Shown here: piece after piece, positions 43,057 through 64,000 of the stretch
Position numbering within the stretch: position 1 is the stretch's first letter
Layout: every line of letters starts with the position of its first letter
DNA from: the human T2T-CHM13v2.0 reference genome, Homo sapiens
Strand: one strand, 5' to 3'
Length of the DNA: 64,000 nucleotides
Assembly: GCF_009914755.1 (NCBI RefSeq)
Contig: NC_060930.1
Position numbers and translations under genes: made by a program
Notes under the pieces: model-generated
Database searches by the model: none
Seen by the model: the letters and a program-made list of their open reading frames with translations, nothing else
Told to the model about the DNA's origin: nothing

Positions 43057-44489
43057 CTGCAAGGTGAAGCAGAAAGTACTGATGTAGAAGCTGCAGCAAG
43101 TTATCCAGAAGATCTACCTAAGCTCATAAATGAAGGTGGTTACATTAAAGACCAGATTTAAAATGGAGACAAAATAGCCTTCTGTAGAAAGATGATGGCA
43201 TCTAGGGCTTTCATAGCTAGAAAGGAGAAGTCAACGTCTGGCTTCAAAGCTTCAAAGAATAGGCTGACACCCTTGTTAAGGTCTAATGCAGCTGGTGACA
43301 TTAATCTGAAGCCAATGCTCATTCACCATTTTGAAAAACATAGGTCCCTTAAGAATTATGCTAAATAGACTCTGTCTGTGCTCTATAAATGAAACAACAA
43401 AGCCTGGGTAACAACATATCTGTTTACAGCATGGTTTACTGAATATCTTAAGTCTGCTAATGAGACCTACTGCTCAAAAAATTAGATTCCTTTCAAAATA
43501 TTGCTGCTTATTGGCAATGCACCTAGTCAGCTGAAGAGCTCTGATGGAGCTGTACTAGAAAAATGTTTTCATGCCTGCGAACACAACATCTATTCTGCAG
43601 CCCATACATAGAGAGGCAATTTAAACTTTCAAGTCTTATTATATAGAAAATGCACTTCCTAAAGTTATTGCTACCCTAGACAATAATTCCTCTTATGAAT
43701 TTGGGCAAAGTAAATTGAAAACCTCTGGAAAGGGTTTACCATTCTAGATGTCCCTAAGAACATTTGTGATTCATGGAAGGAGGTCAAAACATCAACATTA
43801 ATGGGAGTTTGGAAGAAGCTAATTCCAACCCTCATGGATGACTTTGAGGGGTTCAAGATGTTAGCAGAGGAAGTCACTGCAGATGTGGTGGAAATAACAA
43901 GTAGAACTAGAATTAGAAGTGGAGCTTGAAGATGGGACTGAATTGCTGCAATCTCATTATAAAACCTGAATGGCTGAGGAATTGCTTTTTCTGGATGAGC
44001 AAAGAAAGTGTTTTTTTGAGATGAAATTTACTTCTGGTGGAGATGCTATGAATACTGTTGAAACGACAACAATTTAGAATATTTAGATTTGGAATATCAC
44101 ATAAACTCAGTTGATAAAGGAACAACCTGGTTTGAAAGGATTGACTCCAATATTGAAAGAAGTTCTACTGTGGATATAATGCTGTCAAATAGCATTGCAT
44201 GCTACAGACAGATCTCTCATGAAAGGAAGAGTCAATTGATGTTGCAAACTCCATTACTGTCCTATTTTCAGAAATTACCACCTCACCCAACCTTCAGTAA
44301 CCACCATTGTAATCAGTCAGCAGCTATCAACATCAAAGCAAGACCCTCCACCAGCAAAAAGATTATGACTCTCTGAAGGCTCAGATGATCATTAACATTC
44401 AATAGCAATAAAGTTATTTCTTAATTAAGGTAGACAAATTTTTTAAACATAATGCTATTGCATACTTAGTATCCTACAGTATAGTGTAA

Positions 44490-44813
<324 letters not shown>

Positions 44814-45729
44814 TTAAACACAACTTTTCACTGAGAAACCAAAAAATTCATGTGACTTGCTTTATTGTAGTATTTGTTTTATTGTGGTTGTCTGGAACCA
44901 AAGCTGCAATATCTTTGAGGTATGCCTGTATTCAAATGAATATGAATGTTATTTATCTTTCTGTGCACACTTTCAGACCATATATTTATGCAATGATGCT
45001 GCAACTGCTCAACTACTTTCAACTACAAGGTGAATTTAAAATCAATTTTATTGCTTGATAGTTATATCTTGCAGGTAACTTTCTATCCTTTTTCCTCATT
45101 GGCAATAACAGATTTGAACAAGTATTTTGTGAACTATAATTGAATATGAATACTAATTGGATCATATTCTCATTCTGATTATTCTCAAAAGTCAATATCC
45201 ACTTCAAAGGATTTTTCCTGAAATGTCACCATTATGATACTTAAAATAATTGCTTGTAGGCTCTATACATAATCTTCAAAGAGGCATTCCAAAAGCATTA
45301 TAAACATTAGCAGTTATCATTGTACAGCGTTCCAGAATACTACTTAGAAAAAGATAACAATCATTCAGATCTTCGTTTTTAAAAAAATCAAACTATTTTA
45401 TAGTGAGACCTCAAAATCAAAAGAAAAATTTAAAAAGGACTTTGCATGTATAACTGCTTAAAATAAAAACTTTGAAAGCCAATATCCATTCTTAGGCCAC
45501 AGAGTAATGGAAATCCATGCATATTATTCAAGAATAATCAGAATGGTACATTTAGAAATAGCTGAAAGCACAAATCCAATGTAAAGTACAAATCTAGCTT
45601 CTCTGGCACAATCATCTGGAATAATGTCAAAGTCTGAATACTAACCATCTTCCATAATTAGCACTCACTTATCAATAACATGTCCTGAGTTATGTCTATT
45701 TATAATTCCAAATTAATAGTTTCTTATGG

Positions 45730-45786
45730 CAGTATTATTGTCTAATACTAATTAAATGCCAGTATTATTGTCTAACACTAATCAAA
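45730..45786. repeat. 30-bp tandem duplication
   Basis: cagtattattgtctaa(t/c)actaat(t/c)aaa at 45730 and 45760. Confidence 0.9.
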
Positions 45787-47255
45787 ATTAAATACTAATT
45801 AAAATATTATGTTCCCTGTTTTATAAATAAGCTCGTTTCCTCTCATATACTGAGGACATCATGAACTAAGCCATCATACGTCCAGTGGTATTGAAGATAT
45901 TTAAGCCCAAACTGTTTTAGAATTGCTTCCATTGGCACCGGTATGGGTGCAATTACCTGCATGCCAATCTCTACCCACCCTTAAAATAGTGCAATAATTA
46001 GTTGATTTAATCTGACATACTACTAAAATTAGAATTCTACTGGCAGAGTCTCTGCTTCATTCCTAACAATTTTTAGGGACAAAACATGATGCCGTCTATG
46101 TAGTTCTAATAATTGTTTTGACTTCCTTTCACATTAAACCATTTATGAATGACTCTGGAACTTTTTTTGAATTAACAAGTATGCTTATATTTCAGCCTAA
46201 ATTTTCAAGAATGCAACTTCGTCTCTGCAAAATTGACAAATTTCCATAATCTGATTAACAAAGCTATATTGTAGGTAGTTTATCTTTTAGGAAGGGTAAT
46301 TTTGGTAGTTTACTGAGTTTACTAACATAGGGATGTGTGGAAGCTCAATAATTTATTATTTTTAAACTAATAATTTTATTCTGGTATCACTGAGAAATAT
46401 AAAACAACACAAGAAATTTCTGCACCTAAAACAATACTTACTAAAAAGAACCCAATAATCCAGCAGATTATTACAAACAAATTGAGCCTTTTGGGTTAAA
46501 ATCTCAAGTCTATCCACTGCCCTTCTAAGAATTCCTTGTGCAATTCTAAATCAATAAAAAGAACTGGAAAAAGTATACTCAACAGAGATCAAATGAACAA
46601 CCCCAGGCCACTTACTACTAAGCAAAATACTCAGGTTTTGAAAAAGTCTGACCCTGTCAGTAACCTGATTAGTCAAAGAGGAAATAAAAATCTGATAATT
46701 TTGCTCTCAGTGCAGCCCAGTCAGAGGAGAACAGTTTTAGCCTCTCTGATGAAAAATGTCTAAATAAAACTATGTCTCTTAAGGAGGCATACATGACAAG
46801 ATGTATAAACTTTGCATTTTCTAGATAGGAGTATTTTGGTCCAACTGTTTTCCAGAGATGTGCAAGAAACATAAGTAACTTCTGAAACAGATAATTATGG
46901 TTCATGTTTGCAAATGCCTTAGAATTCCACTCACTTCTGATACTAATAGACTAATATGGTCAAAAGAAATACTGAATAAATCTCTCATATATTGTTTTCC
47001 TTTTATATATAAACATAGATATTCTGTATATGTGATATCCATTGACAATCCATTGAAAAATATTAGCAGAACAAGAACACAGATATATGATATTTGATAG
47101 TCATTTATTAAAAGCCAATAGGTCCAACATTCTCCTCACTTAAACAGCCTAAGTGATCAATTCAAGTGTCACATTCTTCTTTTTTTCATACTCCATTAGA
47201 GTTTATACTGAATAATGAAACTGAAAAAAGGTGGCATGCTCTATAAAGAAAATAC

Positions 47256-47439
47256 ATCTGCTTTTACATTCTATATGTTCTAAATTGCCACTTTTCATTC
47301 CTTTTCTTTTTGAAGTTGTTAGCTGAACTGCAGAACAGATCAGGTCCCAGATTTCTTGTTAAATGATCTACTCATCTCTTTTCTGCCTAAGGCCTTCTCA
47401 AAAATAAAAAAATTGATATTTATATAGGACAAATCCTAT
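47256..47439 (+). repeat. Local duplicate, copy A (derived), of 49461-49657
   Basis: Manual alignment gives 8 substitutions plus 9-bp and 4-bp indels; flanked by ctataaagaaaat(a/g)c. Confidence 0.95.
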
Positions 47440-47775
47440 AAAGAAAATGCCTGGAAAATCTAAATATTGATAATAAAATCTATAAAGTTGCCTAGATAAA
47501 CAATAAGGTATTATAGTAGCTTTATTTCAGGGTAAGACTTTTTCTGTGCCTTGCTTTCTTTTAAATTAACTTAAATGATGTGTTATTTACATACAATAAA
47601 AGTACTCCTATTAAGTATACAATTAGGGTAAGTTCCGATAAATGTATCTTATGTCTCACCTTTATAAAGGTAAGGTATAGAATATTCACAACATTCCCAA
47701 AAGTTCTCTTGTGGCCCAACTCAGTCAATCCCCAGTCCAGCACGGGCCCCAGAAAGTCACTGATCTGCTTTCTAG

Positions 47776-48120
<345 letters not shown>

Positions 48121-49460
48121 TAAATTAATACAAGCCTTTGGAATAAACTCTGGCACATAATAAGGATTCACTAAATATTAGTTATTGTTTGCTCAGTGGG
48201 ATTTTGTTGTTTATCACAAGAGCCACGAGTAAGCTTGGTGGTATATTAAACCATGATTGAGTAAGCAATGACCCAGGAATATTTATTGGTCCTTTCCTTA
48301 GATATCTGTGTATATTTAGGTAAGTGTTACTATAGTATGTGGGTAAAGGTAGTATGATCCCAAATGAAATACTCAGTGCTAATAAACAGTTTCAGTCTAA
48401 TTACCTTTCAGTTATTGATTCATTTATTTTCTAAATCTTGTTCCTCTATCATTTATGTTTGTTTTTTTTCTATAATAAACTGTACATGCAAGTATATAAT
48501 ACATAGACAAGACATATATAATAAAGTATATATGCAAGTAACATTAAGGGATATTAATTGTGACATTTAAGAAATATTCTTGGGAGGCTTTGATTATATG
48601 CCTTTTCCATCATAAAGTACACCATATTTGGATTTCATAATACACAAATCTTGAGACTGTTCTGTTAGTTTACTTTAGTGGAGGTATTATGAAGTAGTTA
48701 AACAATAACATAAAACATTACTAAGACAATGCATAAGTCAAAATATAGCCAGTTTTCTAAATTGTCTAATTGGCTTTCCCTCCTGAAATGCATTTTTTCA
48801 GATATACCCAACTGTTCCCCCTTTTTATATCAATAATTTAATAAAATTTGAAATAATTACAGGCCTAAATGAATCTAGCTATAAAAAGAGATTGGGAAAG
48901 AAGTTAGTAACTAACGCATTCTGGTTGTGCTCTTGTCCTCGGAGACTAGGTTAATGAGAATTTGGAAGAGGATTAAGTCTTCCAAAATGACCCAAACGGA
49001 TTTATTACAATGAGATTCTAGTGCCTATCTTCAGTTTTTAAACTAGGAGGCTGTCCAAATGTAAACTTCTGGAATATGTAGGTGTTTATAAAAATAAAAG
49101 TCTTCATTAACTTCTAAAAATATCTTTGTCTCATTCCAAAATTCTGTATTACTCCATAGCAAGAAAAATAACCTCTGTATTGCTCTAAAACTTCTTGTGA
49201 AATATAGACCCAGAGGTCTGGATTTATAGGTCTCTGTAATGCTTTTTTACAAATATATCATATATCTCATTCTTTAATCCATCTAATGGGAAAAAACATA
49301 GTACATCAAAAAATGGTGCTGCAGCAAGGGGTGGGGTGACCTGTACTCGTGTAAGTAAAATGAATGATATTACCATACTTCAGTTGATTTGTGTAATAAA
49401 TTCCTATTTGATTTTTCTAAGACATTATACATTTAAAAAACATATTTCTTATCAGACCAT

Positions 49461-49657
49461 ATCTGCTTTTACATTCTATATGTTCTAAATTGCCACTCTT
49501 CATTCCTTTTCTTTTTGAAGTTGTTAGCTAAACTGCACAACAAATCAGGTCCCAGATTTCTTGTTAAACGATCTACTCCACATAAAAATCTCTTTTCTCC
49601 CTAACGCCTTCTCAAAAATAAAAAAAAAATTTGATATTTCTATAGGACAAATCCTAT
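49461..49657 (+). repeat. Local duplicate, copy B (probable donor)
   Basis: atctgcttttacattctatatg...ataggacaaatcctat, matching 47256-47439. Confidence 0.95.
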
Positions 49658-51061
49658 TTAATTATTATACTTTCCTCTGACAAAAGTGATCACCATATCC
49701 TATAGTGATTAGAAACAGCTGAGAAACTGGGTTTCTCAGAACTGCACACTACTGCATGCAGTAGTGGCACGCTAATGGAGGGCATTAACTGGGATTTTGC
49801 AAAAATAGCAATCCTGACTAACTGATTTTGGAAACACTTGGCAAAGCAAAACAGAGGGGTTTCTTCACTCAGCATTCAAGTTCTCTGAACCCTAACATGC
49901 TTCTATAAACTAATAATCTCTGAGAAGAGGATGCATAATATGTGGAATTTCTCATTCTTATTTTGCTAGAAAATACCTTTTCACAGTCCACAGGAGTTGA
50001 AAAGATTACTGAAAAGACTACACATGCAATTCTTAAAACAGAGTAAGAAAAGTTCTAAGTTGTTCAACAGTTTATAATAAAAAGGAAAGGATTCATAACT
50101 GTTCCACACTAATAAATAACATAAGAATGTCATTTTGGGAGAAGAAAATTTAAACAAACAAGATAAATTTATAATCAAAGCCAAACAAATTTAGTTAATT
50201 TCAAATGAAGTAAAGTTGTGGCTAGGTGAAGGAGTAAAAAAAAAAAAAAAATCTAACTAGAAAACTGACACTACAATGTCAGGAAAGGGGCTTTTACTTT
50301 CCGGTAATATAAAATGAAAAGGTCTCAAGACGAATGGGCCCATAATTTGGGACTATTCCCACCTCAGATTACTTGCTGATACAGCACTAACTCTTTTCAA
50401 AGATAGGATTATTAAGTAGTAACTAACTTCACAAAGCTCCAGAAAATTCGAAAGGGATAAAAATTTAAAAACAAAGTAAGTTAAATGACAATTTACAGAC
50501 ACAAATTGTCTGAAAACCATTTTCTCTTTTCCTGGGGTGGCTCTATCAGGTCATAAGTGAAAAGAGCTGTGTGGCAGTTTAATGGAAAAGGGGAGAATGT
50601 GGCTACAACTGAGTCACATGGAGGCTGCAATTGGTTTTTTGAAATTTGGCAATGTTGAATAATAAGCATATGTGGAATAAAGAGGTTCCCATTCCTCTTT
50701 CTCATATGAACCTATATTAGTCATTGATATGATTAGTCTTTCTCATATCAACTACATCAGTCATTAGTCACGTATTAGTCATTGTGTTTTTCTGTAAACT
50801 GATAACAGTAATACGTTGTGGGTTCTGTGGTATCCAGAAAAAATGGTTAAAGTTTATATTTTCAAACTCCCAGTTAAGAAGAAACTTGGCAATAAAGGCG
50901 AATACAGATTCAGAGCAATCTTGGTGGCAAATCAAAATATTAAGTATGGGACATTCCAAATTCTCCACATACCAAGGAATGTAAAGACATAGCAAGTTAT
51001 AACTTCAAGTAAAAATATTCAATTTCATAATAAAAATGTAAGACACTAAGGGCAACATATT

Positions 51062-51352
51062 ATTTTTTATTACTTTTTTTAAAAAATTGTGGGTACATAG
51101 TAGGTGTATATATTTATGGGGTACATGAGATATTTTGACACAGGCATGCAATGCATAATAATCACATCATGGAAGATGAGATATCCATCCCCTCAAGCAT
51201 TTATCCTTCGTGTTACAAACAATCCAATTATACTCTCTTAGTTATTTAAAACTGCACAATTTTGCATTTCAAGTTTTCATGCACAAAATGCACAGGTGAC
51301 TATAGTCACCCTGTTTTGCTGTTAAATACTACTCATTCTATTTTTTGTACCC
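51062..51352 (-). mobile_element. L1MA (about MA1-3) 3' end
   Basis: gtgggtacatagtaggtgtatatatttatggggtacatgaga...catcccctcaagcatttatcc. Confidence 0.85.
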
Positions 51353-52050
51353 GTTTTAAAATGTGGACATCATTAAACCAACTCACCTGATATATTAAAG
51401 GATCCTAGAGATATGACTATGAAATATCCTTAACAGGGCTACCAAATAAACAAATCTATAAAAATTTACTGTAAAACAATAGACACAAAAAAGCCTAAAC
51501 ACTCTCATGAAATCCTAACAGAGAAGCATTTTTTTTTCTGAAATATAATGTGCTATCTTGAATTTCCATATTGGTGTGTGTTAAGTTTTTAAAGATACCA
51601 ATTTCAAGTGTTACAGAAGATAATTTGTGTGTAACATACTTTAATTGTATCTAAAAACAACATTCTAGGCCTTAAAATTGAGGTATATAATATTTTTAAA
51701 AACCATATGAAAGAGAAGTTGAAACAAAGGATATCCAGGTTAAAGTCAGGGAGACTCACATATTATGCTTGCAAATATTCCCACGGTTCTATACTTCAGG
51801 AAAGCTGTGCTTTTTTTCTTTTACGGGTGATTGGAAAGGCAATGCAGTCAGCTACTTACCCCCTAAGTCCAAGGATTAGATTCAAACAACTAAATGCAAG
51901 ATAAAGCTTCCTCTAAAACTGAGGACATACATCTCACATTCACAGAATTAGTCTCTCTTTATAGACTTAGCAGGTATATATGCAGATAATATTTATATGC
52001 GTATACATTTATATTGATATTTATATGTGTATTTATGGAATTAATCTTTA

Positions 52051-52467
<417 letters not shown>

Positions 52468-54264
52468 TTAAGAAGACATAAAATAAGAAGGTTTTAATGT
52501 AACTATGAGCAAATCTTTTGTAAAACAATAAAGATAAACAATTGACTAAAAATATACAGGAATGTTATTTTTTCTAGGTTGGCTTCATAAGAACCTTGGT
52601 TTAAACACTGCTCTCCAAGTTCTTTTAAGACTTGTTTTTAAAAACTTTTAAATAAAGTTTTAAGAAGTTTTTAAAAGGTTCTAAAACAATCAACCACCTC
52701 AACTCAACACTTACGTTTCAACAAAAATCCTAAACTTAAGTCTTATTCCATGAACTAAAACAACATTCCATGATTAAAAAGAAAGTTTTCTTCTATGATG
52801 AAGTATTTTCTACATACAAAAAAGAGGTTGATTTTCCTTTAAACTCCTGAAATATAATTATACTAATAGATTCAGATGATTGAATTTACAGTGACAAATC
52901 AGGTAAAATCATTACCATTTTAGAAAGAAGATTTTATGTCAGCTGACAAGAATCTACTTCATGTTATGTGTTATGAAATGAACGTTATATGACACCATCT
53001 CTGCTGCTTCAGTTAAGTCTTATTCTGCCAAGCCTTTCTAACTATACTCACCAGTGTGCTCCACTGACATTTTCAGTTATTTGGTTAAGTGCCTTTTAAC
53101 TCCTTCATGTAAAAGTATCCTACTTTTACAGTGTAAAAGTGAGTTTTCAGTGGAAACTGTTAAATGCTTATCTTGCTTGATTCACTATGTTTGGCCCTAT
53201 TAATCCCTTCTGTTTTCAAACTCGTATCCCTCAGCTTCACTGCTACCTTTCCAAAATCTGGCTCCTTTCCTCTGATGTGCTAATACTCAAATATTGTCAC
53301 CTAATGCTCTGCTAATAATGAAATATGGAGAAGAATAATATGAAACTATTTTATGCTTGCTACCTGATTTTTAAAATTTCCATTCAGACTTCTCTTACTA
53401 TATTGATAAGTGTTCATGCCCATGGTTAAATTAAAAAGAATAAATGGAACATGTATCTTGGGTCATGATAATGGAGAAAAAGAACATGTTTGATAAAAAT
53501 ACTGCCTGAAGTTAAGCAGTGGATAGATGGAAAAAGTGAAGTACAGGAGCTTATAAAAATGCTCCATCTCTTCAACTCCAGGGAACATTAAAAAAAATTG
53601 AAGGATTTGATCTTTTGGTAGTAATTTCTCTTTATGCAAACACATAAATAGTATATTATAGATAAGCCTATATCTAATAGTTAATTTAGCAGAAATTTAC
53701 TAAAAAACTTTTTTTCAAAGGATTCATAAAAGGTTGTTTCAGTTCTTCTATTTAGTATCCATTATTTTTGTTGAATATAAGTGAGAATCTTTGTAGTTTA
53801 ATTCCAGGATAGAAGGCCATTTAAACTACCACTAAGCATCAACATAAAATACATCTAGAAGTGTTTATTTCAGAGTATAAGACATATATTGGGACTTAAA
53901 ACCAACAAGTAAGCAATCGATTTACATTTTGAAATCTGATATGGAAAATATACCAAACCAGATGTGCTTGCTGCTATTTACAAATCACTACACAAATAAG
54001 AGATGCACATCACGATCAGTGACAAATCACGTCACTTCTTTTCTGCTAGTCGGCTCATGCACAGACAGCAAAGTATGTAATTGTGTTTCTCCAAGTAATA
54101 AACTCCCAGTGATATTTTACAAAAATATTTAATCAAAAGAGGAAATTTCCAAAAATGCCCCAGGAAAGTACAATGAAGAAATGAAAATTGACACTGGAAG
54201 TGAAATTAGATGTGACTAGAAGATTTTAAAATGGTAACAGCAATGTTAAGATAGGACAAAAACA

Positions 54265-54584
<320 letters not shown>

Positions 54585-54671
54585 CTAGCACTACATGAGG
54601 TTATAGTATAAACCGAACCATATTGAAAAGTCTAGTGAATATTTTGAAAATTAGGTAAAATAGTTTTGATC

Positions 54672-55278
<607 letters not shown>

Positions 55279-56796
55279 AACATTTTTTAGTTTAATCTGC
55301 ACAACATACAGAAAGTCACTTACGGTTGAAACGAAGCACCGACTTTTTTGCATTGAAGACTCTGTAATAAAACAAATTCACGATGCAGTTGGCTAGCATT
55401 TAGGTCCAAGAACCAACTTTGAATACAGTAATTGAAAGCAGTAATTACAAGAAGACTGAAGATGAATCTCTAACCTCCAGTAAAGGCTGATTTCTTTGTT
55501 TCAAAAGTCAGCATGAATTGATAATGTTAAGCTAGCTGGTGAACTGCTGGTGCAGATAAAGATTCTGCTGTGAAATCCATACCCAGGAAAACTTTATAAA
55601 CTCAGGAAAGTAGTTGTGATGCAAAGCATGACAATGTCCCAGGAGCAGTGATGCCAGCCAGCAAAGACCTCCACATTAAAAGACTTCTCAGATATTCCAT
55701 GACATTAAAAATGCACAGATCAAAAGTGGACAGCTTATCCACATTTGGAAAGGAGTATGATAATTTGCCAAGGCATAGAAAACCTCTTGCTCCATACAAT
55801 GAAAACAAGGCAAGAAGTGTTCAAACTACTCTTGAAAAGTTTTTACAAAGAAATAAAACTTTAATTCTGAATGTTTCTGATGTTTACAATTACAGTATAC
55901 TAAAAAAAAATTAGTTTTACTATTTTTTCATTTCCCAATATACTTATAACCAACATTAAGAAGTTTTTAATGTCTTGACAAAAAAAATTTTAAAGGTCAT
56001 AGAACGATCTTAATTTTTATTATTGGTTATTAAGATAACCTAATAATCACAGTTTCAGCTTCCCTGGTCACTTAGAATTATCACTGATTTACTTACAAAA
56101 AGTTCTGTCACTGATAACAAATTGTTATAAGAAAGAGACAAATAACTTATATGCTACACTACAGTTCCCTAGCTCTGCAATAAACTGTTAAGTGGTTAAG
56201 ATTTTAAAACTGAATTTTAGCATATTGTCTTAAGACAGACAGCCATCTGTATTGAAGTAAACTGCATCCCACCTCAAAGAAATATTTAACAATTGATGAA
56301 TGTATAAGATGGCATTTCTTTAGAAGAAAAAACAGCAATAAACATTCTCTTAAATAAAACTTTTAATATATTTTGTGAACCAAACAAAACAAGCCTGGGT
56401 ACTTACATATCCATTATATTGTCTTTTATAAAGAGAATATTTACATTCTCATATTCACTGTCTATAAGTTGTGTAATGCTGACTCCTTAACTACACAACT
56501 TCTTTTATAACATGAAACTCAATGCCTTTTGAATCTGGGTATAAATTCCTCAGCAGGCCTAGCCTCAGCACCCCCAGTTTAATTAGAACTAACCAGTAAC
56601 TCTACATTAGCAGAAAACACAACTGAAAACCAATGTCCACTACAAGTATGTTGGCTCTGTGTCATGGACAGCCACAGGCCAAGGAAGACGAGACTCAGGA
56701 TTATGGCAGAATAGTTAGAATACCATATTATTTAAGGTAACAAAACATGGGGAAAGGATTCATACAGTACATTCTAATCTATATCTTAGATTATCA

Positions 56797-57137
<341 letters not shown>

Positions 57138-57224
57138 TTTGGAATTCAACACAGTGTGCCAGAAAGCTTGCTTATCTTCTTGGACCTCCTGCCATTTGAA
57201 CCCTAGAATTCTGAATCTAGGGTC

Positions 57225-59727
<2,503 letters not shown>

Positions 59728-60670
59728 TTAGGGTTAGTATTTGTTTCTCCTTAAATGAATTAACTTCTTACTTGCAATATCTGCTAAACTTCTCTTTTGG
59801 AGCTACTTATATTTCACATTTTGTCTCCACTAACTGCTCCTTTTGCTGCCCATGTTTTGGCAAGATGGTAAATAAACAAAAAATGCTGCCCATAAAATTA
59901 AAAGAATTGATCCAACAACTACAGTAGCTAAACAGGTGGAAATGTGTCAGAATTTTATAGCCTGTGTCTCACCATGAACATATAATTAGGTATTAGTTGA
60001 TATAACTGTGTGGGTGAGTCTGATTATACTCATAATAATATATTTGTATCTGCAGTGCCTAGAACAAAACCTGCCATATGGCAAATAGTCAATATTTGTT
60101 GAAGAAATAAATTAATTGACATTAAAAGGGAGAATATTTAATCCCTGTTGAGGACTAATAAAATCATTTTTATTATTGTCAACTTGCTTTAACAACCATC
60201 TCACAAATAAAATGAAGTCTACTATATTGTTTTGCAGTTCTGAATCTAACTTTACAAAAATATTGAAGAGCATGCTAAGAAAAGATCATATATCTGGCAC
60301 ATTAAAAGGTGTTTAGAATAGCTATACAAGTCTTTGAAAATAAACCATTCCCTTGTGAAAAAATACTTCAAAGCTTTTCAAATATATATGCAGATTTAGG
60401 AAGACTTATGCCATGGTAAAATTTCATGGATGTTTAATATAACCTTTCAAAACATCATGGGTCTATAGTGAATGAAAATGAATAAAGTGAGCAAAAATCT
60501 GCCTCTAATCTTAATTTCATGTGGCTTGGCACTTAAAAAACAACAATTACTACTAAACCATTCGTTCTATAAAAGCCAGAAGAGGTAAGTGAGACATCAT
60601 CTCTGATAACTCATCTAACAACATTACTTATTAGGTACTCTTTCTATATCCTCTTACATTATCTAAACTA

Positions 60671-61114
<444 letters not shown>

Positions 61115-61339
61115 TCAGCACAAAGAAACTTGTAAGAAAATCCAGGAAATGCAGGAAGAGATAATACAACTTAAAAAAAAAAAATCAATCAGAGCTTCTG
61201 GAATTGAAAACCTCACTTAAGGAATTTCTAAATAGAATTGAAAGTTTCATCAATAGACTAGACCATATAGAAGAAGGAATTTCAGAACTTGATGACTAGT
61301 CTTTTGAACTAATCAAGGCAGACAAATAAAGAAAAAAGA

Positions 61340-62835
<1,496 letters not shown>

Positions 62836-64000
62836 TAACAAAATCTTAAAGAAATATGCGATTATATAAAGCAACCAAATCTAGGAATTACTGGCATTCC
62901 TGAGAGAAAAGGAGAAAAAGTAAACAACCTGAAAAATAGATTTGAGGGAATAATTCAAGAAAATTTCCCTAATCTTGCCACATCAAAATTTGGAAAGATC
63001 TCAAATTAACAATCTAACATCATGCCTAGAGGAACTAGAGGAACAAGAACAAACTAAACCTAAAGCTAGTAGAAGAAAATAAATAACTAAAATCAGAGCA
63101 AAAGTGAATGAAATTGAGACCCAAAATTCTGCACAAAGAATCAATGACATCAAAAGTTGGTTCTTTGAAAGAGGGAACAAGATCAATAGACTGCTAGCTA
63201 GATTAACAAGGAAAAAGCAAGAAGAACCAAATACGCACAATCAAAAACAACAAAGGTGATGTTGCAACCAATTCCACAGAAACACAGAAGATTCTCAGAG
63301 ACTATTATGAACACCTCTATGCACATGAACTAGAAAATCTAGAGAAAATGGATAAATTCCTGGAAACACACAACTTCCCAAGATTGAATCAGGAAAAAGT
63401 TGCAACCCTAATAAGAACATATTAACTTCCAAAATTGAATTAGTAATAAAAACCCTACCAACCAAAAAAATCCCCCAAAAACCCAGAAAATGGATTCACA
63501 GTCAAATTCTACCAGATGTACAAAGAAAAGCTGGTCCATATTCCACTGAAATTACCCCAAAAAAAATCAAGGAGGAGGGACTCCTCCCTAACTCATTCTG
63601 TGAAGCCAGCATCACCCTTCTACCAAAACCTGGCAAAGACACAACAAAAAAAGAGAAAACTACAGGCCAATGCCACTGATAAGCACATATGCAAAAATGC
63701 TCGACAAAATACTAGCAAACCAAATCCAGCAGCACATAAAAAGTTAATACATCATGATCAAGAAGGATTTATTCTTGGAATACATAAACAGATTTAAAAA
63801 CAAAAACCATAGGATCATCTCAATAGATGCAGAAAACCTTTCAATAAAATCCAACATCCCTTCATTATAAAAAACCTCAACAAACTAGGCATAGAATGAA
63901 CATATCTAAAAATAATAAGAGCCATCTAAGACAAACTTACAGCCAACATCATATTAAACTGACAAAACCTGGAAGCATTCTCCTTAAGATCAGGAACAAG

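Noticed and set aside
44089-44376. Tigger1 transposase ORF as a domesticated TIGD gene
   Set aside because: Start codon mutated, many stops and frameshifts, and an STR insertion.
54005-54040. CRE/E-box-like tcacgtca as a unique enhancer
   Set aside because: Explained as part of the Tigger13a-like element.
60238-60590. Plus-strand acceptor (ttttgcag) and donor (gag|gtaagt) as an antisense exon
   Set aside because: Such signal pairs occur by chance; no ORF or other support in the sequence.

Overview
Primate (human-like) genomic DNA lying entirely inside ME1 (cytosolic NADP-dependent malic enzyme 1), transcribed on the minus strand. Six coding exons (7-12 by my recollection of the 14-exon structure; 110, 98, 114, 106, 143 and 174 nt, all GT-AG) lie between 3003 and 32985 and splice in frame. 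Positions 32986-64000 are one large intron. The rest is typical AT-rich intronic DNA: about 25 Alus, L1 and L2 fragments, MIRs, a THE1D solo LTR, MER20, MER58A, a full-length Tigger1 and microsatellites. I see no RNA gene, CRISPR array or second protein-coding gene, and no convincing wholly new biological system. The best leads are: (1) a 184-bp locally templated insertion flanked by a 15-bp duplication; (2) several fold-back or template-switch scars; (3) a Tigger13a-like element that keeps recognisable transposase DNA-binding-domain sequence; (4) a rare GAG splice acceptor at exon 9; (5) an in-frame, stop-free exon 10+11 unit flanked by inverted Alus; (6) a palindromic AT-rich CpG minisatellite; (7) a very young AluY (Yc-like). 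Repeat subfamily names come from remembered consensus sequences, and boundaries of old repeats are approximate.
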